DNA of 60,897 nucleotides, filler included, from Gonapodya sp. JEL0774 (GCA_027604505.1; 7 parts of 7 records of this genome joined end to end with filler, not necessarily neighbours in it); one strand, 5' to 3'; positions 48,872 through 60,776 are shown, counted from the whole stretch's first letter. Made by a program: numbers and translations. The notes: generated from the sequence alone by a model not told the origin.

Positions 48872-50542
48872 TTATCCTAAATGCACTCCACCAGTCGCCC
48901 CTATTGCTTCAACTTCTGATTCGTCCATGTTCAACCATTCCTTCAACACCTCCCGTCCATGCTCACCAACTCTCGGTCGCCTCCGCGCAACCTCAACCCC
49001 GGGCGTCCTCTCCAATCTCGGTGCAGGTGCTGGCTCATAGTCCCCTGTATTGGAACCGTCGCTCCCTTCTCTCGGAATGAGCACTCCGCGCGCTCGGCCA
49101 TGTGAGGAACCGGGAGGTCCGTCCGAAGTTGGAGGTCCTGCCAGCTCGCTCATATCAGTTACCGGTGTAACGCACGCGTCCGTGCCGTCAAATATGACAG
49201 ACCACTCGGCAAGCGTTTTTAATTTGAAGGTGGCTTCAAATGTGCTGCGTGTGTGGGCGTAGTGGGACGGGCTTTGGGGGTGATCCGAGAGGGAAAGGTC
49301 CAGACCCTTCAAGAGGGCAGCGTAGAATTGGGGCTCGAGAGCACCACTTACGTTTGAAGATCGCGTTGATGAAGAGAGTGTGTGTGAGTGCGGCACTGAA
49401 AAATTTACCATTTACCACTCGCATGTGATGGAGCTTACACAGAAACGTAACGGCCATCCTTGGTTTCGTACACGCCATAGCAAGGGGCGCCTGTGTATGG
49501 TCCAATGAGTATGGCACAATCAGTTAATTGAAAATTATTGGGGATGGAAAGAATCCGTCCCCACCTCCGTCCAACATATTGGTACCGCGTGCCCCCTTGA
49601 ACCAGTCCGAGCCGGACAGCTTGAAATTATAGACAAAAGAAGCGATATAGGCGGCGCCGTCCACCATTGCTGCGTCGACGACTTGTCCCTTTCCGCTCGT
49701 ATGTCGCTCCAACAGAGCAAGTAGTACACCCGTGGCACACACCATACCACCACCCGCAAAGTCTCCCAAGTAGTTTATTGGTGGCGTGGGAGGCAATCCC
49801 GTTGTTCCAAGGGACTTGAGCGTGCGGGACAGATGAGAAGCAAGGACGGGGCCAAGTGTGAGAGGAACTATCACTCACGGACAGAACACCAGAGGATGCA
49901 ACATAGTTGATGTCGTGACCAGCCATTTTAGCGTAGGGACCTCGACGCTTTGGATGTCAATACCACACATTACCGCAGATTGCCATCGTCACAGTTACTC
50001 ACCAGTCTGTCCAAACCCTGTCATCCTTGCATACACGATCCGGGGGTTCCGTTCACACACCACGTCCGGCCCGAAACCGAGCTTTTCCATTACACCCGGT
50101 CGAAATGGCTCTATGACAACGTCTGCGGTTTCGAGCAGACGGAAGAGAGTCGTTCGGCCGGTGGGATGTTTCATGTCGAGCGCTATAGAGCGCTTCCCTC
50201 TCGCCAACACGTCCTCTACCCACTGCCCTTCCTTCCTGTCCACCCGAACCACATCAGCACCGAAATCCGCCAATACCATTCCCGCAAACGGGGCCGGACT
50301 TCGTTGGAACATTAGCGAGAGTTTGAGCGATCATTTTACGGCATATCCCAGAAGCCAATACCGATCAATGCAAATGGTGGCGGCGAATTGTAGATCGTGG
50401 AACGAGAATTCAATGGAAAGCGCAAGTTGAAAGTGAAGCGAAGCTCTTGTGGGGTGATGCGTCGGAGCACTCACGCTAGTCCAGCGATCTCAACCACACG
50501 AGTCCCGGTCAAGGGGCGATGGCGTGCAGACTGTGACGACAT
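48872..50542 (-). CDS. AMACR: Alpha-methylacyl-CoA racemase (CoA-transferase family III), multi-exon
   Basis: PLTGTRVVEIAGLA|PAPFAGMVLADFGADVVRVDR, GKRSIALD, EPFRPGVMEKLG, AGHDINY, NYLGDFAGGG, GALEPQFY and PAPAPRL. Confidence 0.92.
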
Positions 50543-50770
50543 TGTGCGTGAAAATGAGATTGCCCGTGAGACCGAGTGGTAGGTCCGATATTCGCGCAGT
50601 TGCAACATATCCTCGCTTTCCTCAGTGGGACTAAAGAGAGGAAATCTATTGCCCCCAGTGTTTGCCACCAGAAGATACTCTCGATACGGGAAATACAGCA
50701 GAATAAGCAGGGCGTGCTCAAAACCCAAATTAATTGCTTCCAGCGTACCAATGTCCTCCGATCCTCCATC

Positions 50771-51501
50771 TTATCGCTCGTCGTCCTCTCCGAACATTGT
50801 ACCACTCCCGTCCGAGTGATATCCGTCCGCGCTAGGTCTCTCTCTCAATCCCATCCTTCCTGCAAATCTTGCCCCTGCCATGAATCCACCCTCCACCACA
50901 ACCGGCTGCTGTATGGCCTGCACCCTCTTGCGAGCCTCGGCTGGTGACATATTGAAGTTCGGCGGCGTCGAATACCGCGACGTACGTGTTCCAACAGAGC
51001 CCACGTCGGACGCATCGTCAGACATGGTAGCCCAGTTCCCACCATACCCTTGCGGCACACCAAGAGTGGTGTCGGAGTTGAGGTGGTTGACTGAAGGGGG
51101 TGGACCCCGTGGGCCACCTTGAGCTGCAACTTGCTGTGCAGTGCGCTCACGACGAGCAGCGATGGACTTCTCGCGCTTGGTGGTCATGATGTATCGAGCG
51201 GGGAACGTGAGGGAAAGGATAAGCAGGATGAGGGCTACAGCACCGCCCATGGCAATGAGGGCGTACTTGGCAGTGTCTTGATAGGGATCGCGATGAATAA
51301 GTGGCAACATGTGGGCAGGTGAGGGTTTGAATCGGGGATTCGTCAGCTCATGAGAACCGTGCACCCCCCCCGCGTTATACCAGGGCTAAGGCCCGCCGCG
51401 GGCGGCACGGCCCCCCCCGCCCCGGCCGCGGGCGCGGCGCCGCCCCCGCCCCCCCCCCCCCCCACTGTGGCTGGTGAACGATTGTCAGCATTAGGGAACA
51501 T
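50771..51501 (-). CDS. Small single-pass membrane protein of unknown function
   Basis: TM YALIAMGGAVALILLILSLTF followed by a basic segment. Gly/Ala-rich N-terminal exon. Start uncertain. Confidence 0.45.
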
Positions 51502-51751
51502 AAAATTCCCAGCAGATCAATTTCTCCTTGGTGACTAGCATCGTTGAATGGGCATATAGACTCTCGACATCCTTTCGCTGGACGAGGGAACAGTCAATAA
51601 AGTTACAGTCAGCATCATCAGGCCGCTTCCGTGCTCCTCATCACCCTTTGCTGCCTCAGCATCCAGTCATCATGTGACAAACCATGTATCCGCTTTCGTT
51701 GCACTCCACAGGTCCTTCTTCACTCTCATCATATTCTTGTCGTGTTCCATC

Positions 51752-52221
51752 ATGTCGGCCGCCACAGTCACGAAGCGTCATTTCAAAACCGATGATGATC
51801 TACTGGTAAACAACCCGAAACCCGATGCTCAGCCAAACATGGCACCCGCGAGATCTTCTCGTGTAGCCGGTTCCGTTCCCGTCTTCCTGTGAGCTCCTGG
51901 ATATCGGTGCTGTATTGAGACCGATCTGACAAGTGACATTTCCACCTTGTGCTTCAATCTGACACCGGGCGATCACAGGAGGGGATTTGAGGGGTGAGTT
52001 AGCCAGCATGCACACCTTTATGCGATAGTCAACAGTTGAGACGCCTTTTCGGAAAGGCTTCCGTCTGTCAAGATCATCGGGAACAGTCTTCTAGGATTCG
52101 GATTCGGGATCGCGCTCCAGAAGGGTAAGCTGTTCGAGCCTCTCGTCATTCAAGGTGAGTAACAAATTTGTCTATGACTGTTCAATATCTTTATCCCTCG
52201 TTTCTCTGTCGTAGGCCAGTT
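51752..52221 (+). CDS. 5' part of a probable YeeE/YedE (sulfur transport) family membrane protein, 3' truncated
   Basis: An exon reads IIGNSLLGFGFGIALQKGKLFEPLVIQ|GQ, matching the G-x-x-FG-x-AL-x-K...P-x-x-I-x-x-Q pattern of this family. Confidence 0.5.
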
Positions 52222-52321
52222 NNNNNNNNNNNNNNNNNNNNNNNNNNNNNNNNNNNNNNNNNNNNTTAATTAATTAANNNNNNNNNNNNNNNNNNNNNNN
52301 NNNNNNNNNNNNNNNNNNNNN
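52222..52321. other. Artificial contig spacer
   Basis: 44N-TTAATTAATTAA-44N. Confidence 0.99.
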
Positions 52322-52441
52322 TGATCCCGGCTCTCGCAGATCCTACCGCCAAGTCCCCCCCAGAAGTCATCGTTGCTCCCTGGTTGGTCGGCGGAGCGGG
52401 CGCGCGAGAGCCTCGGAGCAGATCGAGGCACCAGTCCACAT
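52322..52441. repeat. Left arm of a ~120-bp inverted repeat at the ends of contig 7
   Basis: Reverse complement of 60777-60897 with about 4 differences. Confidence 0.95.
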
Positions 52442-53459
52442 CCATGGGCGAGGGCCGCCGATGCGGTGCCATCCTCCCCATGCCCAACGCCAAGTGGCTC
52501 CCCGTCCCCCCAGGACCCCCGGCACCCTCCGCAGCCCTGGCAGCACCGGCACCACCGGCACCACTGCCCCCACCGCCACCACCAGCACCACCAGCACCAC
52601 TACCCCCACCGCCACCACCGCCATCCCCTGCAACCCCCGCAAGCAACCTCGTAAGGGAGTCCCCTTTAGGCGTTGAGGGGGGTGCACGAGTCCCCGGGGC
52701 CAGTCCCGCCGTCCGGTCAAGGTCCATCGGGGAGGGAGTCAGACCAGGAATATCTGACTCCGGCTCCGACCCCAGCGAATCCGGCTCCTTCCTTTCGCTC
52801 CCACGTTGCCTCTCCCTCCACTCCTTCGCTCTCCTTCGCCGGCGGGATCGTCCGGGATTCGGACCATACACAACCGTTTCCATCTGCTCGTCCAACCCCA
52901 CAACCACCTCCGCGACCCAGTCCAGTGTCTCCAAGATCGCTTGAAGTGGCGTTTCCGGCTCATGTGCACCAGAATCAACTTCTTGCGGAGGTGGTGGTTT
53001 GGGGATGGGAGGTGGTGGGAGAGGGTGAGCTTCCACCGGACCTGCCTCAATCAGGTGGAAGGTGGGAGGAAGAGGTTTGGGGCGTGGGGTGTATTGTGAG
53101 GGGTCGCTGTGGAAGAGGATGGACAGCGAGTGGACGAGGGGCGGTGGGGTGGGAGAAGGGAGCGGTGGCTCGGGAGGGTTTGATGGGGGGGGAGGGGTCG
53201 ATGGCGGTCGAGGGGGCGATGGCGGGGGGGCCGGAGTCGGCAATGGCGATGGAGCGGGCGATGGCGGTGGAGGGGTCGGTGGCCGGGGAGGGGGCGATCG
53301 CGGGGGGGTTGGGGCGGCCGCTGGCGGGAGGGTCGGAGTAGCCGCTGGCCGGGGTGATCGGGGTGATCGCGGGCATTGACGGGAGAGTGGCAATGCGTGC
53401 CAACGCTCCCGCCGGTTGTTCGAGACGCCGTTTGGGGACTGACAATGTGAAAGCGGCAA
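52322..53459 (-). mobile_element. GC-rich Pro/Gly-rich open frame running off the contig end, probably part of a repeated element
   Basis: Frame is open for >370 codons into the gap, and its distal 120 bp are duplicated at the other contig end. No catalytic domain recognised. Confidence 0.4.
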
Positions 53460-53462
53460 AGG

Positions 53463-54047
53463 TCACCGTTGACAAAGGTGAGACAAATTGCACAACGGAG
53501 CTGAATAGACTCTGTCTCCACTCTCCCGCATGAATCTCGCTGTGCTGTTACATGTGCATAGCATTGTCTTCTGCTGTTTCCCTAACTCTGCAGAGTCGCC
53601 GACACAAGCCTGCCCATCTGCCCAACGTGTAATGTACGTACCGGTCAGGTGACCGTCAAGGCCGTCTGGTTTTTTCGGCCCAATGGCCCTCCTCCATTGC
53701 TTGCAGCGTCCCAAGTAGGCCGCTTGGGACGTTTTGAACCAATTGATGTCCGTCAAGTCCCCTTCCGCTGCTCCCCTGGCCACCCCGATAGCGAGGAAAC
53801 GGCGGAGAGTTCGCACGTCTTCCGCGGTGGTCTCAACGACCTGGGGGTCCAAATGTGCCTTGTAATACGCTTTCCCCATTACGCTCCCCGCTCGTGAAAG
53901 TCCTGCACGCGCCCATTCTTTGTCGCGCCGTTGTGCTTTCGTTTCGCGGATTTGTTGGAGACGATTGAAATGGACGTCGCCCATGACTTTTTCGTTCGCG
54001 TTCTCGATTTGGAGTAAGGCGGACGCTTCCAGTTTCTCTCCCCCCAA
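53463..54047 (-). pseudogene. Degenerate GIY-YIG-like nuclease ORF
   Basis: TGTYITRWADGQACVGDSAELGKQ resembles the G-x-Y-x9-11-Y-V-G-x-S-x-x-L-x-x-R motif with Y>C and R>Q changes. Confidence 0.35.
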
Positions 54048-57000
54048 TAAATGAAAGAGAGGCTCCCGCGATTCAGGCCCAACCCAAATTCCCGGTTTGG
54101 AACAACTTCATTTCACTTGACAGTTTTACTTTGCATTTGAAAACCAGGTTACTCTGTGCTTCAATCGCGCTCAAAATCAACGTTCTGCATGTTCCATCGT
54201 TCCACTCCCCCAAAACGGACTCTACATGGTGATACAGTGAGACCCAGAGAGAACAGCACTTTGCATTCCTTCTTTCGGAATATTCACACTCAGACTTTCT
54301 AGTAGATGCTCTTTCATTGTTAAGAGTCAAAAACGGTGCAAACGGTCCCCGGTCCCCAGATGGGATTCCCCGACTGCCAGTCTTGGGTCTCAAAGTCTCG
54401 CGGCCATATCAGCCGCGTTAACCTGCACATGGACTTTATTTCTGAGTCACAGGTCGATTGCTGATACTGATTTTGTATTGTGTTCATTTTCACGACGAAT
54501 ACTCCTTTCCTATTCTGCTCATTCCTAAGAGGGCGCTTTGGTAATCCATCACCAACTCGAAACTCGCGGTTCTTTTCCAAAACTCCAATTTCGCAGCAGC
54601 AGGAGAACGGCCCATAGTCAAGCGCTTGCCGTGTCACAAGAAAACAATAAGGCAAACCACATCGCAACAAGAGGTAAGACAGGAACACAGACGATCGACC
54701 CCGGGCAAACAGTCTTATAAAATTAAATAGTTCTTCCGAGAACATAATTTGGAGATGCATTCTATCGGTGTAATAGCGCTGCACACAAACTGGACGAGCG
54801 AACTGCCCATCTCATTCGGTGTAGCTGCACCTTACGTTTCGGGAGCATGCAAACTCCACGTCCTTTCGTTTCCTACACGATACCTCAAAATGAAAAGCGA
54901 TCTGTCAATTAGAGCTTTCGAAATCGTAGAGCTCTATTAGCCAACAATCTCCGCGACAAATGAGTGGAGTTCACAAGTCAGGAGTCGGTCATTCAAAGAG
55001 TCCCCATCCGAGCGTGCGTCTAATGTGTTGAAAATATTGTACAGACAATTTTTCATTTATTTTTGTCGCGATTGCCAGTTTTTGCTCTGTCGTTCCAAAG
55101 TACGTATGCAACATCACCCCTGAACACACACTGAGCGAAACAGAGCCAAGCAAGGGGGCGGGGGGGTTTCCACAAGTATCCCGTTTCTCTCTAGCTGCAC
55201 CAAATGCTTCCTCGCACAAGCCACTGATGGTCACCAGAGAACTTTTTGTTTTTCTTGTGGGCATCAGTATGTGAGCCCTGCACGCCACTCGCCGATTGAG
55301 ACAGAAAATGGTCATCAGACGGAACACAAGTAAAGAAAGATCCTATTCATTGGAATCATCAAGGTTATGGGGCTCCGCCGGTCATCTGGTATCTGTTTCG
55401 GACAGACATATTTAGTGTGATCCATTCCACATGAGGGCTTGGCCGCGGCACGGATCCTACCAGGCTGGTGCACCGTCGACGCAAACACAACGGCAAAGGA
55501 ACATTATCTTCGGATTTGGTGCTTTCACAAATGAAATTTACATAGGCTCCGTCATGGTTGTTATTTGTTATTACGACAACGCATTTCGAACATATTTCGA
55601 CGCTCAAGGAAACGTACATAGAACCTCCACTTGTTTGAATTACAACGCAAGCATTTGTTAAATCGATCAACAATGGGCGCGGAGTTATCAGGTGGCCCTT
55701 CCTTAATGGAGAAAATAACTTGAGATGCTTGCACGAGATGTGAAGGTGGGCTTATGTCGATTTCGAGTCAAGTAACAAGTTACTCGAGTTGAGTCAAGCA
55801 CGATTTGAGCGAGCTCAATCAAGCCACAAGTCGAGTTAGGGGGAGCCGCTTGTTCGAATCTCGACTCCAGTCGAGCATCACTCCTGTATGGAAAATGCTC
55901 CTCGTACATAGGCAAGTTGAATTCGAGTCGATTCCGATTCCAAAATACACCATTTGCTCTAAAGTATAAAACATCGAAATGATCTATGCTGTGGGGATTC
56001 GGCTCGCAAACAGGGGAAAGAGGACGAAGAAAGACAGAGAGCAGAGAAGGTGATATCCTAGCATCCAGTCAACACAAAAATCAAAGGACTTAATCTGTTA
56101 CGAGGCAATCCTCGCAGCAATCCTACGTCAGGTTGTTCACATTGTCTGGGGTCTCAACCGTCGCCCAACGTAAAACAGAGTGTCCATTTGCAGCCGCAAT
56201 GAGACCGACCATTGTGCAATTTTTCCTTGCGTCTGGTACTGGGACTCTCACCCGCCCGTCATCTCCGCTGATGAACGCACCTTGACACCGTCCAACAGCC
56301 ATTTCCTCAGGATGGCAGGCTTGTGCTTCTTGTGATTACCGAGTTCATTCGATAAACATTGTTCCTTTGCCCTTCGGTCACCGATTCGTCGATAAATTCG
56401 GGGTATTTTGCGTATAACGGGAGTTGGCGGTGGAGACGTGACTAAAACAGCACTGCAGCCAACCCCGTGTCGGCAAACTTCGAGTACATGGACACCTGTA
56501 ATGCTAATTTGAGTGGATTTCTCTAGAGTAGAATACATGTAGATACTCGTGATCTCGCTTGTATGGAGGATGCAATGGCGCTTTGAGACCGTCTAATTCA
56601 TGCAAGTGTTTCATAAGCACTATATCACGGTCTCGCTGACCAATTTGGAACCAGAACATGGTCTTGTGTTACATTTCAGTGCAGGACAGCGAAAGAGAAG
56701 AGAAGTCCCATAAGCTACCCGCAGGTAGAAGTTGCTGGCCCACCATTTGTGCAGCACGCTCGTGGCTGCGTCGTGATCAAAGATGTAACACATAACTGGG
56801 GTGAGAAGTTTGAGGGGTCTGGATACAGCAACTCAATGTAACGCACAGTTCAGAGCAAGTTTGGTTGATCGCTGACTTTCAGCACAGGCGATTTAATGTA
56901 GCCATTAGAAACTTCAAGAAACCCCGAGAAGTGCCGTTTCAAAGCTGTTCCAGCGCAACCAAGGACGCCTGGAGCATCAGGATAGCGGGAAATCATTTTC

Positions 57001-58209
57001 TTATATATTTATGTTGTCGTTCGGGTCTTGGAATATTGTTCATTGCTCTACTCGGTCGTGAAATCGGTTTTGTCTGCATAATTTTATGGGCGACCCTGGT
57101 ACCTGTGGCCACGCTGAACAAAATGGCGGCTCGTCCAGCTCCAGGAAGTTCCCCAACTTCATACAACTCGAACTCAAAATCGACAACCAACGACCGCAAA
57201 CCCGCAAAGGTCAGCGGAAACTTCATTTACTTGAAAGATACGCGCATTGTGACTCCTCTTCCATGGTCCTTGTCTCTAAATTCGCGTTCTTCTTCGCCGC
57301 CGCTCATCAAGTTGAACAGCCTTCTCCGCCTTCTCCGCAGAGCAGCGGCCCAAATTCCATCGCCAAGACTCTTTCAATAGATGAAATGGACTGTGGTGAG
57401 TCTCTGTCAACGCCCGAGGCTGTTGGGAAGACGGAAGCCTGTTGTGGGTGACGGTGTCAGCAGGACGCACTTCTTGCTTCCGCCGAGATAAGTACTGACT
57501 ATTCCGACTTGCTCTCCCAACATTTGCCTCCCTTTCATGCCAGATATATATTGACTGCGCACGTGAAAGATCTTCCAACATGGCGTTGACGTCTCAAGTA
57601 GCTTCGTAACTCGACAACTTGTAACCAAGATCTCTGCGAGTATGAATATCTAACGTAAGTCTCTTTGATGTTCTGCAATTGTGAGCGTGAGTTTGAAACC
57701 CCATATGCTATTGTTGCGCCTCTGGTCGTATCGGTACCGCGAACATCGAACTGACTCAACCGTCCATACATGACCTTCATAAAATGACAAGACACAGACT
57801 GTAAGGTAACATCCTTGCGTGCTCCACTCGCATTACCTTTCTTCGTTGATGCATAGTCCTACATCTGAATATAATCATTCGCAGAACGCATCAAGCAAGA
57901 GCACCAAACACAACATCCGATCCAACCCTCCACTCGAGAAAACGTTGGACAAGGATTTGATTTTGTGTTGTTGTATTCATCCTTGCTCGGTTGGTTGTTA
58001 ACTGTTAACAACATCCCTTGAAGGCCTCGCAATAATCTCTGGTTCTCGGGCTCGGTCCACAACGCCTCTCCGCCTCTTGATCAGCACGAAATAAGCCCAA
58101 CCATCGAATCTCGGACGAAGTGTGAGTACATTAATTAGATCTGATCCAGGCACACAAATTCAACGTGCAATTGTTCCAACGGATGCTATCTCTCCGCACA
58201 CCACTACAG

Positions 58210-58411
58210 CTACCGCGAGGTCTCCAACCCAGCTTTTGGTCCAAGATCCTGCAGTTCGTCTCGATTAGGAACTCGCACTTAACGGTCAAGAGAGCCGGTA
58301 CCGCGGCAGAGGTTGCTTTGTCGTAACACCGCGGGGCTCCGAACGGACGCGACTGCAGGGAGGAGGTCAATGGGTTTGGGAGCACCTGGAAAGCGGGACC
58401 CAGTTGATGAG
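58210..58411 (+). ncRNA. Structured RNA repeat, copy 1 (unknown family)
   Basis: Nested stems aggtctccaaccca/tgggtttgggagcacct, cctgcagt/actgcagg, cgtc/gacg, gga/tcc, ctcgc/gcggg, cggt/gccg and gcggcagag/ctttgtcgt. Flanked by CAG and GTACGT. Confidence 0.65.
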
Positions 58412-58637
58412 GTACGTCCATGGCCCAGCGTACAGACATTGGGTCTTGGTCTCACATCATTGCTGTTCTCCGTTCTCCAAGGATCCTCGAGGATCGTCTA
58501 GAATGGATACAATACAAAGACAACAAGATAGATGGCTGTTGGCGCGAGCACAGCGATGCTTGGGTGAGTCGAGTCCCACCGTTTCACTCCTGATTGTGTG
58601 TATTGAAATTGCAATGTTTGTCTCCTTGTTGATACAG

Positions 58638-58830
58638 GCTCGCACTCAGGCCCTCTCGCCGAATCCTCGAGGCGCGTCTCGATTAGGAACCTGTGTTTTA
58701 CGGCCAAGCGAGCCGGTACCGCGGCGGGGGTTGCTCCGTCGTGCCACCGCGGGTATCCGAACGGACGTGACCAAAGGGACGAGGATCAAGGGTTCTGGGA
58801 GGGCCCGTGAGGAACATTCTAGTAATAAAG
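58638..58830 (+). ncRNA. Structured RNA repeat, copy 2 (unknown family)
   Basis: Stems cgcgtc/gacgtg, gga/tcc, acctgtg/cgcgggt, cggc/gccg and gcggcgggg/ctccgtcgt. Flanked by CAG and GTACGG. Confidence 0.65.
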
Positions 58831-59031
58831 GTACGGACACAATTCAAGCTCTCATTGAGACTGCAGTGTTCACGAACTCTCAACGTGATTGGCCTCCCAG
58901 GTTTTACGCTCGAGAGCAGCACGGCTGAGAGACACTCTATTTCTGTACACACTCTGCTGCTTGGGTAGGTACTTCAGTTCAGTTGCGTCCGGCTTTTCCC
59001 GTTGTCATTTAAGTCACTTTTGTATCCTCAG

Positions 59032-59223
59032 GCTCGTGCTTATGCCCTGGCCGCCGAATCCTTTGGTCCGCCACGAATAAGATCCTGCGTTTGACAGTCA
59101 AGCGAGCTGGTACCGCTACGGGGGAAGCTCCGTCGCAACACCGCGGGTGTCTGAACGGACGGACCAGATGGACAAGGTCACGGGGCATCAAGAGGGCCCT
59201 TGAAGGGCTTATTGTACTCGAAG
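59032..59223 (+). ncRNA. Structured RNA repeat, copy 3 (unknown family)
   Basis: Stems atgccc/gggcat, tggcc/ggtca, tggtccg/cggacca, aga/tct, cctgcg/cgcggg, cagt/gctg and gctacgggg/ctccgtcgc. Flanked by CAG and GTAAGG. Confidence 0.65.
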
Positions 59224-60776
59224 GTAAGGTTTCGCGATCGCCCACCTTTGGACCTTTCAACCGTGCAAGCGTACGCATTGAAGTTATTTCGCTACAACAG
59301 TTTGTCTGCACTTGAAGACGCCAACTTAAAAGCCGAAATCCAAGGTGGTGTGGAGATGAGAGTGGCTGTCATGGAAGTTGGGTGGTTTTGATCAAACATG
59401 CTGCAGGTACGTTTCGAAGATTTGCTTCGGAAACCGCAACTTGTGATAATCATTTGCCCGGCCGGGTTCTTTGTGAACTAATCGCTGCTGACTTTGATCG
59501 GTGGCTTGCTGATCACCTTGATGTAGATTCAAATGGGTAGGTTGTGGTTCCGTTTAGAGTATTTTTCATGATTTTTCCACCCCCACAGGGCCTCATCAGT
59601 AATTTTTTTGGAGTGATATTTTCAAAATCCTGTGTATTGTTGGACGGTAGATCGCCTTCAATGTGGGAAACCTGAATCTCCAATCATCCAATGACCCACT
59701 ATTCCCCCAGACCTCGTGAATATATTTCCAGATATGGAGTTGTTTCAATTTGTCAACAATGATGTGTATTCTTTTATGTAAAGAATACAAATGCAATTAC
59801 GATATCTTTAGTTACTCGTAACTTCTCTCCTCGACTTGCAAGTACCGGCTAGTTGATCACCGATCTCCACACGGATCTTATTTTCTACATTTGCATCTCC
59901 GCACCGAAGGAGAGAGGCTATCGCAGTTGCTGGTAAGTTTGCACTTTTGGGGTGTTGTAAGAAGAACCTGCTCCAAGATGCCAAGTGAGGTGAGATGGCC
60001 TCCAAGAAGAGGCTTGGGAACAGCGGTTCGGTATCCTCATCAAGAGGTTTGGGAAGGAGACATAATTCCCTAAACAGCCACGAGACACGTGAGTGCAGTA
60101 GAGGGTGGACCCGCAGATCCTCCACACGAGGAGTACGACCGCCATTGAGTGCGGGGGCGGCTGGTGGAGCTTGATCCGCCAACACAGCTATCATATTTAG
60201 TAGCGGTGTCTTTTTGTCAACAACTGACGTGTTGGTAAGGTTTAAAATGAATTTTGCTGTATTAAGTTGGGCCAGTCATGATCGTATTGGGAAACTGTAC
60301 ATACCAGCAGGATTTCGGAGAAGTTCGCATACAAGCACACTTCCCTTTGTTGTCCGAACAACCTCATTTAAACCAGAGGGACCTCCAGCAACTGCTCCAT
60401 GAACAAGGGTTGGGGCCAGATCCAGAACAATTTTATTTGAGCGAGACCGGCGGCCTTGCATACTGCGGGCCTTCAAATGCGAGTCTTGCCAGTCCAGGAA
60501 TTGGAGTGGGGGAACGATTGCATGGTTTTTCCCTGGATAGATCGAAGGCCCGGACATTAAGATCTGTAGGGCAATGTTTCGCGCTGGTGGGTGCCTAATG
60601 AAGTTCCAAGGATTCGGAAACTCTGTCGCCAATAGTACCCTGCAGGACCACATCATAAGCCTTGGATGTGTGGCCGATCACGTGAGACTTGCAGCACTCA
60701 CGACCGAATATCATCCCAGATATCACACATTTGCATAATGACACGCGATCCGTACTCATTCACCCACATACCCTGA

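Noticed and set aside
8680..52321. Recurrent TTAATTAATTAA motif at ~8.7-kb periodicity, and apparent gene neighbourhoods across the window
   Set aside because: These are artificial linkers between size-sorted contigs. Genes on different contigs are not linked, and ORFs running into X residues are artefacts.
53461..53490. aggtgagacaa resembling the contig 4 heptamer context
   Set aside because: A single short match on a different contig, expected by chance.
58395..58448. Hairpin with TGATGA...CAGA resembling a SECIS, box C/D or hammerhead core
   Set aside because: Upper helix is only 5 bp with no apical AAR, there is no stem III or cleavage triplet, it is absent from the other two copies, and it overlaps a predicted splice donor.
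58257..59161. Assignment of the structured repeat to T-box, twister, hammerhead, SRP or 5S RNA
   Set aside because: GGTACCGC plus a hairpin resembles a T-box bulge, but the closing antiterminator helix is absent. CAAGC and UAACAC recall twister, but the GAG-containing strand is missing. There is no CUGANGA/GAAA core, no SRP helix 8 motif and no 5S landmarks.
59596..60656. Short minus-strand ORFs near the right end
   Set aside because: Fragmented by stops with no recognisable motif; possibly a decayed gene, but not supportable.
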